A DNA stretch of 64,000 nt. Source: Dehalococcoidia bacterium (GTDB taxonomy: Bacteria; Chloroflexota; Dehalococcoidia; Bin125). Each line of letters starts with the position of its first letter. Position 1 is the first letter of the stretch. Both the position numbers and the translations under genes were made by a program. Where the stretch lies: positions 1,824,001 to 1,888,000 of the forward strand of contig OY820591.1 of the NCBI GenBank assembly GCA_963555985.3, written 5' to 3'. This document shows positions 56,572 to 64,000 of this stretch, one piece after another. The notes below the pieces were generated by a model. The model searched no databases. It worked only from the letters and a program-made list of their open reading frames with translations, and was not told the origin of the DNA.

Positions 56572-57725
56572 AGCGCGTCTGCGCCATTCTGCCGGACATG
56601 GCGCGCGATCGTGAGCCGCAGCAACTCGGTCGGGCCTTCCGCAATGCGCAAACTGCGCGACCAGCGGTAGAGCCGTTCGAGCGGATGTCCGCGCAGCAGC
56701 GCTTGCGCCCCGTGCAGTTGGATCGCCCGATCGACCGTCCGGTGCAGGGTCTCGGTGGCATGCCACTTGGCCGCGGCGACTTGCGTGCCGGCGGTCGGCT
56801 CGTCGCACTCTCGCGCCTCGGCTGCCCGATAGAGCATGACGCGGGCTGCGTAGGTGTCAGCCACCGCGTCGGCGAAGATCGCTTGCACTTGCTGCTGCTC
56901 AGCTAACGGCTGACCGCTGCGGTGCGGCGCTTCGATTCGGGCCAGCGTTTGGCGATTGATCCAGCGCGACCAGCCAACCGCATCGGCGGCGACGCCGAGC
57001 CGCATCCGGTCGATGTTCGCCATCGCGCGGGGCAGGCCGTCGCCGACTTTTCCGAGTAGACGGCGTTGCGGTACCGGCGTTCGGTCGAAGTGAAACGGCG
57101 AGTGCGTGCTCCCGTCGATCGAATGGCCAAGCTCGCCTTGCGTGACTCCCGGCGCATCACGGTCAATAACCAGCAGCGCAGTCCCGCCGCCGTCGGCGTC
57201 GCTCGGCACATTGGCGACGACGACCAGCCAATCCGCATCCGCGCCGCCGGTCACGAACGCCTTGCCGCCGCTGACCAGGAATCCCGCCTGTCCGTCGGGC
57301 AGTGTCGCCGGTACGGCTTGAGTTGGCTGCGGATTCGAGCGGTCTTCGGTGAAAGCAAACGCGGCCGTCCGCTGTCCCGCGAGCACTGGCTCATACAGTT
57401 CGCCGCGTTGACGGTCGTTGTCGGCGAGGCGCATGATCCCCGGTCCGGCGCCGAGCGCTGTTGAAGCGAATGGATTGCCGCTGAGCGCAAGCGCCTCGCG
57501 CGCGCCGGTGAGCAGGCGCGGCCCGGCGTTCCGCCCGCCCTCGTGCGCCGGCAGCGCGAGCCGGTAGATGCCGGCGGCCTCGGCGCGCCGCGCGATCTCG
57601 CGCCGAATCTCCGGCGCGCGCGATTCAGGATCGACGCCAATCGTCAGTGGATCGACCTCCTCGGCGATGAAGCGGGCGATGCGCTCCTGGAGCTCGGCGA
57701 TGTCTTGGGGCAGATCGAAATTCAT
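56568..57725 (-). CDS. Acyl-CoA dehydrogenase family protein
   Basis: 'AFAFTE', 'GGKAFVTG', 'AAKWHATE', 'DRAIQLHG', 'RIAEGPTE'. Confidence 0.9.
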   Translation of the reverse strand: MNFDLPQDIAELQERIARFIAEEVDPLTIGVDPESRAPEIRREIARRAEAAGIYRLALPAHEGGRNAGPRLLTGAREALALSGNPFASTALGAGPGIMRLADNDRQRGELYEPVLAGQRTAAFAFTEDRSNPQPTQAVPATLPDGQAGFLVSGGKAFVTGGADADWLVVVANVPSDADGGGTALLVIDRDAPGVTQGELGHSIDGSTHSPFHFDRTPVPQRRLLGKVGDGLPRAMANIDRMRLGVAADAVGWSRWINRQTLARIEAPHRSGQPLAEQQQVQAIFADAVADTYAARVMLYRAAEARECDEPTAGTQVAAAKWHATETLHRTVDRAIQLHGAQALLRGHPLERLYRWSRSLRIAEGPTELLRLTIARHVRQNGADAL

Positions 57726-57744
57726 GGCGGCTCCGGAAAGTTGA

Positions 57745-58884
57745 TCAGTCTGTGGCTTGGGCGAGCATGAACGCCTGCGTATCGCCCGGCTCAGCGTCGG
57801 TCAGAGCAACGCCGAGCAGGTTGGCGCGAGCGAGCCTCGCGCGGGCGTCGGCAAGCTGGTCGGCGGGCGTGTGTGAGGCGGCAACCAGCACCACACGATC
57901 GCAACAGCCGGCTAGCAAGAGAGCGTCGGGATCGACGAGTGCTGGTCCGAGCACGACCACCTGCTGCGGCTGACGGCGATAGAGCTCGAGGGCGCGCCGG
58001 ATCAGCTCGCTGCGGGGAATCGCCGCCCAGCGTGAGCCTTCGAGCCAGAGCGGCGGGGGTGTAGTGATCTCCAGCTGGAACGCGGGCGGTCTCGCGTCGA
58101 GCCAGAGCACGGCGTGTTCGCGTCCGGCCAGCGCGCGCGCCGCCTGCGCCGCCGCATCGTAGGCATTGACGGAGGCGTCAAGCGGAATGAAGGCCGCAAC
58201 CGACGCGACTGAGCGATCCATCATGTCGAGCGCATCGGCGAGTTGCTGTGCTGAAGGCGGAGGCTCATCACTGCGCGGCGTCCGCTCATGTGCATCCTCC
58301 GGGAGCACCGCGATCGTGCGCAGGCCGACACGGCCCGCACGACCGAGGCTGGAGCCTACCGAAGCAGCGCGAGCGGGACGCGCGAGCGCGGCAGCCAAGG
58401 CGAACCCACCGACCAATCCGACAGCCGCAGCGATCGCGCCGTTGCGCTCGGTGCTCGGCGCCGCTCGGCGCACTCTGGGCTGGGTCAGACCGAGCACCCG
58501 TAGACCGGAGTCGCCTTCGTAGCGCATTCTTGCTTCATTAGCGGCGGCTTCGGCGATGCTGAGAGCGAGATTCTCGGCATCGTACGATTCGACGGCGCGA
58601 ACGGTGAGGATGATCAGCGTGTCGCGCAGCTCCACGCTCAACTCGGATACCTGCGCAGAGCCCGTCTCCGAGCTCATCATCGTGCCCGTCGCGCTGTCGA
58701 CCAGGTCGGGATCGTGCAGCAAGGCCGCGTATTCGGCGGGCGGGCGCTCGTCCGCAGCCCAGAGCCGCACGCTCGCTTCCCAGGCGGCATCGACGGAGCG
58801 GGAGATGAGGACGGCAATCAACACAGCCGCGAGCGTCGTCGCGAGCGGGACCCACCAGGGAAATCCATTGCGTACGGGGTTCAC
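57745..58884 (-). CDS. Wzz/CapA-like chain-length regulator fused to a degenerate BY-kinase-like domain
   Basis: Two TM helices, the second preceded by a Pro motif ('AAPSTERNGAIAA'); C-terminal 'DALLLAGCCDRVVLV...LLGVAL' without an intact Walker A; start uncertain. Confidence 0.5.
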   Translation of the reverse strand: MNPVRNGFPWWVPLATTLAAVLIAVLISRSVDAAWEASVRLWAADERPPAEYAALLHDPDLVDSATGTMMSSETGSAQVSELSVELRDTLIILTVRAVESYDAENLALSIAEAAANEARMRYEGDSGLRVLGLTQPRVRRAAPSTERNGAIAAAVGLVGGFALAAALARPARAASVGSSLGRAGRVGLRTIAVLPEDAHERTPRSDEPPPSAQQLADALDMMDRSVASVAAFIPLDASVNAYDAAAQAARALAGREHAVLWLDARPPAFQLEITTPPPLWLEGSRWAAIPRSELIRRALELYRRQPQQVVVLGPALVDPDALLLAGCCDRVVLVAASHTPADQLADARARLARANLLGVALTDAEPGDTQAFMLAQATD

Positions 58885-58951
58885 GATTTCGAGTGTATCG
58901 CGGGCTTGAGCGGCGTCATTCCGCCGCCTCTGGGCAAGTATGTTGTGCGCC

Positions 58952-61900
58952 ATGCGGAACTGGGGACTGTTGGCAATCGGGGTCGTGCTGATCGTGACGA
59001 CGGGCGCGGTTCGGGCAGCCGAAACGCCAAAGCCGCTGGCGCACGTGAGCGTGCGAGCCGCGATTGACCAGGATGTCGCTGACTTCGCCGATCGCCTGCG
59101 ATCACTGGACATGGATGTGGAGTTGGCATTGCCCGAGCTCGGGCGCTGGCAAGGCTGGATCGCGCATGAGCGCTTGGAGGCTTTGCGATCTGCGCCGGGC
59201 GTGCTCGATGTGGCTCGCCCCCGCTACGGCGTCTTCGCTGCGGGCACGGTGAACAGCGAGGGCGACGACGCGCTGGGCGCGGCGGCGGCGCGAGTCGCGT
59301 TTGACGTGGACGGATCGGGCGTGCGCGTAGCGGTGATCTCCAACGGTGTAAGCGGATTGGAGGCGGCGCAGACAGCGGGCGACGCGCCCGCAGGCGTCAA
59401 AGCCTACGCCTTTGGCAGCGGCAATCTGGCCGGGGGCGACGAAGGCACCGCCATGATCGAGATCATCCACGATCTCGCTCCGGGCGCCGAGCTTTCCTTC
59501 GGCGCAGTCGCCACTGATCTAGACCACATCGCGGCGGTCAACTGGTTCGCCGCCCGCGTAGACGTGATCGTCGACGATGTCAGCTTCTTCTACCCGGCCG
59601 ATCAGGCGAGCGAAGTCTCGCTGAACACGACCCGCGCGCTTGAGCATCCGGATTGGCCGCTTCGCGCATATGTGACCGCTGCGGGGAACTGGGCTGAGCG
59701 GCATTGGTCGGGAGAGTTCGTCGCGGGGATTGACGGAGCACGTCTGGGCCTGCCCGACGCCGGGCCGGTTCATCAATTTGGAGGCAGCGCGCTCAACGGA
59801 CACGGCAATGCGTTTTCGTTGGATGCCGATGAGCGCGTGACCATCGCTCTGCATTGGGATGACGTCTGGGAACGTTCGACCAACGACTATCAGCTCTATC
59901 TGCTGGACGAGAGCGGTAGCGTCGTCGCTTCGAGCAGAGACAGTCAGGGCATCGACACGTTCCTCCCCCAAGAGGTGCTCCAGTTTCAGAATGGCGGCGC
60001 GCCGGCGCGATACGCGGTCGTGATCCAAAACTGGCGAGGCGCAGCGGAACCCCGCCGGCTCGATCTGTTTGCGATCGATCACCTGGCGCGAGGGGGAACA
60101 CCACTGCGGCTGGAGACGCGCACCGCCGCCGGCAGTCTGTTGGCGCAATCGGACGCGCTCCACGCCATCACGGTCGGCGCGGCGCTGCAAGACGACTCGG
60201 ACATCGCACCCTACTCGAGCCGCGGGCCAACCTGGAACGGCGCCCAGAAACCGGAACTTGCCGCCATTGACGGAGTCACCGTGAGCGCAGCGACGACGTT
60301 CCGTCCGCGCTTCTCAGGTTCATCCGCAGCGGCCCCGCACGTGGCCGCAGCAGCGGCGCTGCTCCTCGAAGCCCAGCCCGCGCTGCTGGCGCGGGACGGC
60401 GGAGACGCGCTCTTGGAGCGACGCCTGCTGCGAGAGTTTCTCTTCAGCACAGCGCGCGACATTGGTGATCTGGGTATCGACACGGCCTCCGGCCACGGCG
60501 TCCTGAACGCGCTGTTGGCCGTGCGCGCCGCTGACCGGCGCGTGATCGTCGTGCGCTCGACTGCGGACCGCGGCCCCGATTCGCTCAGAGAGGCAATCGA
60601 GCGGGCCAATGCAGGCGAAGCAGACGCGATCCTGTTCTCGGATGAGGCGGCAGATCGGGTAATCCAACTGGAGTCGGCGCTGCCCGCCGTCACCGCGCCG
60701 GGCGTAGTGATCGATGGCAGCGGCTGGGCGATCGACGCTGGCGCGACTGAGCGCGGGATCGAGCTGATCGGAGACGGAATCGAGCTCTGGGGTATCAGGG
60801 TGCTTGGCGCGGGAGAGGTCGGAGTCTGGATCGAGGGCGATGGAGTCAGTTTGGTTCGCGTCGTCGCCGACGGGAACGGCGCGCACTCGCTCTGGGGAGG
60901 AGGCGCGGGCGTGTGGCTCGAATCAGCGGCATCGATCGTGCTCAGGGATGTCGAGATCATTCGCAACTGGGGCGACGGCCTCGTGATCGAGAACGGCTCC
61001 TCGGCAGTCGTTGAGGAGAGCTGGATTGGGGTAGAACGAGGCTCGGACGAGACAGCCGAGCCGACCTCAAACATGGGCTACGGAATTCGCGTCGCGCCGG
61101 CGGCCGGCGACGTACGGATTGGGCCGAGAGCTCGGCCCCAGCCCATTTTTGAGGCCGAACTGGTCGACCCGCTTGGCATCCTCACGACGACTCTGAGCGG
61201 ACGCTCCGATGTTGCGCATACGATTCGAGGCTGGGTGACGGTGGACGGCGTGCCCGCATCGGCAGGCACGCTCGTCACGGCCTATCTGGATCGAGCGCCG
61301 GCGGCAGTAGTAGCGACCGACGAATGGGGTCGGTTTACGGCCACGGTGTCGGGTCCTGGCAGACAAATCCGCTTTGCAGTCGGCGGGGTTGCGCTGGACG
61401 ACTCAGTGCCATTCTCGGCAGCGACAGAGACGGAGGTGTCCCTACGAGCGGCAAGCGCGGGACGGCGCGCGGCTGCGTCCGTCTCCGGGGGCAATGTGAT
61501 TGCCGGCAACGCACTCGGAGGCGTGCACATCGGCGCAGACGGAGTGGGTGCGCGTGAGGTCTGGGGCAATATGAGCTGGGGTCAGCGGGAGCCCGTCTCC
61601 GGCGGAGGCCCGCCGCCATCGCTCAGTTGGCTGACCTGGCGCGGCGACGCCGCCTCGCTGGGCGGCCGCGCTGAAGGCGCGACCCGAGTCGATCTGTACG
61701 CAGGAACGCAGGGCGGGCCGCGACGCTACATCGGATCGGCGGACGTGTATGAGGGCCGGTTCGCGCTGGAGCGGGTGATTGCCGGACAGTTCGATCAGTT
61801 CTCGGCGTTCGCATTCGATCACGAGACCCGTGTGAGCGGGGAGAGCGCAGTGCTGCACGGAGCGAACGCGCCCACAATCGAGTCGATTGACCCGGTCGTA

Positions 61901-62425
61901 GGAAGCACACTCGGCGGTGAGTTGGTTGCGATTTGCGGTCAAGGCTTGGCTGAAGGAGCGACCGCAGTCGTGAGTTCGTGGGGCGAGCCCGACGTGTGGT
62001 TCGGCGGCGTCAGTGCGGCGGTGGCCTCGTGGACGGATTCGTGCGTCATGGTGCGAGCGCCGTCGTGGCCGCTCAAACTGTCGGAGGCAGGCACCGTGGA
62101 TGTCGCGCTGCGCCGCTCGGACGGGCGCGTCGCGGTCGTCCAACTCGGCTATCGCTATGCGCCGGGGCAATTGGCGCGGCTCTCGCCGGGCTGGAACCTG
62201 ACGACTTGGTCAGGTCCTGAGATCCGGGTCGAAGACGCGCTTGGAGCATTGGCCGAGCGGGTCCGCCGCGTCTATGCCTGGGATAGCTGGGCGCGCGAGT
62301 GGCGATTGTTCAGCCGCGAGCTCATGCCCGAGCTGATCACGTTGCACTGGCTCTCACCGCAGATGTCGCTGTGGATCCTGCTCGACGGCGATGAGGACGC
62401 GATCTGGGAGCAGCCCACCGGCTAA
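58952..62425 (+). CDS. Secreted S8/S53-like serine peptidase with beta-helix, IPT/TIG-like and unnamed C-terminal domains
   Basis: 'VAVISNG', 'DEGTAMIEIIHDLAPG', 'AAGN', 'YSSRGP', 'FSGSSAAAPHVA'; 'PTIESIDPVVGSTLGG'. Confidence 0.8.
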   Translation: MRNWGLLAIGVVLIVTTGAVRAAETPKPLAHVSVRAAIDQDVADFADRLRSLDMDVELALPELGRWQGWIAHERLEALRSAPGVLDVARPRYGVFAAGTVNSEGDDALGAAAARVAFDVDGSGVRVAVISNGVSGLEAAQTAGDAPAGVKAYAFGSGNLAGGDEGTAMIEIIHDLAPGAELSFGAVATDLDHIAAVNWFAARVDVIVDDVSFFYPADQASEVSLNTTRALEHPDWPLRAYVTAAGNWAERHWSGEFVAGIDGARLGLPDAGPVHQFGGSALNGHGNAFSLDADERVTIALHWDDVWERSTNDYQLYLLDESGSVVASSRDSQGIDTFLPQEVLQFQNGGAPARYAVVIQNWRGAAEPRRLDLFAIDHLARGGTPLRLETRTAAGSLLAQSDALHAITVGAALQDDSDIAPYSSRGPTWNGAQKPELAAIDGVTVSAATTFRPRFSGSSAAAPHVAAAAALLLEAQPALLARDGGDALLERRLLREFLFSTARDIGDLGIDTASGHGVLNALLAVRAADRRVIVVRSTADRGPDSLREAIERANAGEADAILFSDEAADRVIQLESALPAVTAPGVVIDGSGWAIDAGATERGIELIGDGIELWGIRVLGAGEVGVWIEGDGVSLVRVVADGNGAHSLWGGGAGVWLESAASIVLRDVEIIRNWGDGLVIENGSSAVVEESWIGVERGSDETAEPTSNMGYGIRVAPAAGDVRIGPRARPQPIFEAELVDPLGILTTTLSGRSDVAHTIRGWVTVDGVPASAGTLVTAYLDRAPAAVVATDEWGRFTATVSGPGRQIRFAVGGVALDDSVPFSAATETEVSLRAASAGRRAAASVSGGNVIAGNALGGVHIGADGVGAREVWGNMSWGQREPVSGGGPPPSLSWLTWRGDAASLGGRAEGATRVDLYAGTQGGPRRYIGSADVYEGRFALERVIAGQFDQFSAFAFDHETRVSGESAVLHGANAPTIESIDPVVGSTLGGELVAICGQGLAEGATAVVSSWGEPDVWFGGVSAAVASWTDSCVMVRAPSWPLKLSEAGTVDVALRRSDGRVAVVQLGYRYAPGQLARLSPGWNLTTWSGPEIRVEDALGALAERVRRVYAWDSWAREWRLFSRELMPELITLHWLSPQMSLWILLDGDEDAIWEQPTG

Positions 62426-62487
62426 ACGGCATCGATCGTATCAATCGCTATGATCCGAGCACATACACAGTTCGAGAGGATTCAGAC

Positions 62488-63327
62488 GTGGTGACGATCA
62501 CGAAACACGAGGACCCCAAGGCCGGCGTCGATCTGGGCACGGCAGAGGTGCTGATCGACGAGACGGCGTTGTCCGACTACTTCGAGGGCCTGGAGTTGGA
62601 GCGGCCTGCCGAACTGGGCTCAGCGCCGTCCATGCTCGCGGCCAATGCCGACCTCTCCACGCGAATGCACTTCGCCAACGACTTCGGCAATCTCTGGCTG
62701 CGCCAGGAGTGGGACTTCCGCCAGCCGCTCCGCCCGGGTGTGCAGTACTCCGCCTCCGCGAAATCCCTCGACATCTACGAGCGCCGCGATCGCACCGTGA
62801 TTCTGACTGAGACCGTGCTCAAAGACCCCGACGGCGACATCGCGGTCGTGCAGCGCCACCACCAGTCGTTCGTGCTCTACCAGAGCGAAGGCCAGGTCAC
62901 GCTGCGCGACCCCTCGAAAAAGGAAGGCGCGCGCAGCTACTCGCTGCCGGAGGGCGAAGCGTTCGGCCCGCTCGTGCGCACGATCTCGCTGGAGATGTGC
63001 GGCTCCTTCTTCCACGGCAACAAGAACTACCACACCGACAAAGAGGCCTCGGAAGAGCTCGGTTTCACCGATGTCGTCGTGGGCGGCAAGATGACCATGT
63101 CGCTGCTCGGCGAACTGCTCGATCAGCGCTTCGGCGACGCCTGGAAGTCGTCCGGCAAGCTCCTGGTCAAGTTCGCCAACATCGTCTGGCCGAACGAGAC
63201 CGTCTCGGTCAAAGGCGTGCTCCAGGGCGCGAACGAGGACGACCCGGAGCGCCGCAACATCGCCTGCTGGGTCGAAAAAGACAACGGCACAATCGCCGTC
63301 GTCGCCGAGGGCAGCCTCAAGCTCTAG
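62488..63327 (+). CDS. MaoC-like double-hotdog dehydratase
   Basis: 'QEWDFRQPL', 'NYHTDKEASEELGF', 'VKFANIVWP'. Confidence 0.8.
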   Translation: MVTITKHEDPKAGVDLGTAEVLIDETALSDYFEGLELERPAELGSAPSMLAANADLSTRMHFANDFGNLWLRQEWDFRQPLRPGVQYSASAKSLDIYERRDRTVILTETVLKDPDGDIAVVQRHHQSFVLYQSEGQVTLRDPSKKEGARSYSLPEGEAFGPLVRTISLEMCGSFFHGNKNYHTDKEASEELGFTDVVVGGKMTMSLLGELLDQRFGDAWKSSGKLLVKFANIVWPNETVSVKGVLQGANEDDPERRNIACWVEKDNGTIAVVAEGSLKL

Positions 63328-63334
63328 TAGCGCT

Positions 63335-63601
63335 ATGGCGACCGTCTACATCCCGATCGGCATGAGATCGCTCACTGGAGGTGAGCGAGTCGTACACGCA
63401 TCGGGTCGCACGGTCGCCGAAGTCGTGGACGACCTCGAAGCGAGCTACCCCGGCTTCCACGAGACGCTCGTGGAGGGCGGGCGTCTACGTCGCGGATTGA
63501 CGATCGCCGTGAACAGCGTCGAGCAGCCGCTAGGTCTGTTGGCCAAGGTGCCGGAAAACGCGGAAGTCCACATCCTCCCCGCAATGGCCGGCGGCGCTTG
63601 A
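63335..63601 (+). CDS. MoaD/ThiS family sulfur carrier
   Basis: Ubiquitin-like pattern 'TVAEVVDDLEASYPG' and C-terminus 'ILPAMAGGA'. Confidence 0.9.
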   Translation: MATVYIPIGMRSLTGGERVVHASGRTVAEVVDDLEASYPGFHETLVEGGRLRRGLTIAVNSVEQPLGLLAKVPENAEVHILPAMAGGA

Positions 63602-64000
63602 CATGAAGGCTGGGATCCCCTAGGGTGGATGCGATCCAGCCAAACGTGACGGTTTGGAGCCAGACTCGGAGGGAGTGACGAATGGAAAGACCGCTCGCCT
63701 CCGCGCTCAGTATCACAAAACTCCTGATGTATAGCACCTTACAGATCATGTGTCGAACAGAACAAGCGCCGATGTTTGCAAGGATGAAGAGCCAAGTTAG
63801 TTACGCCTTGCTACTTGAGAGAGTGGCCGGGTCTCGGCTCTGTCCTACACGCTCCATCGAGTAACTGCCTGTTCTTCCTGATCTGTGAGGCGCTGCCTTC
63901 AAGGGTCGAGCGCGGAAGGTGAGCTGCCTGGCGGCGTAGCGTCGTCGGGTTGGCGGACGCCAGCGTGAGTCTCTGGTGTGCCCACCGTCAGGAGCGTGGC

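Noticed and set aside
63602-64000. Lower-GC terminal region as an ncRNA or CDS
   Set aside because: No tRNA, RNase P, SRP or tmRNA signature and no credible ORF; context is cut by the window edge

Overview
A high-GC bacterial chromosomal window with about 58 supportable CDSs. I found no tRNA, rRNA, CRISPR array, integrase or transposase. The gene content (luciferase-like monooxygenase with an alpha/beta-fold partner, paired giant FtsX permeases, Uma2 expansion, PaREP1, many apparently leaderless genes) suggests Chloroflexota/Dehalococcoidia, possibly host-associated; this is inference only. Housekeeping genes (dut, crcB, metF, iscS, nuoB, nuoI, a nuoG-like gene, hisG) are interleaved with an accessory hotspot at about 26-54 kb. 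The hotspot holds six Uma2 nucleases, two beta-class DNA methyltransferases (one fused to an HNH nuclease), an AlkZ-like glycosylase, a tautomerase pair and two RCC1-like secreted proteins. The most striking signal is three tandem paralog pairs that each carry a duplicated copy of their downstream flank. In two cases that flank is the 3' end of a convergent core gene (nuoI, hisG) and the core duplicated stretch differs only at synonymous sites, which suggests cassette accretion anchored on gene ends. Other notable signals are 10-bp-phased intergenic repeat arrays, REP-like palindromes, a local G/T strand skew, a halogenase with a PqqD/RRE-like tail, a DUF309-dUTPase fusion and an unnamed domain shared by two secreted enzymes. 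All family calls come from motifs recognised by eye; no database searches were run.
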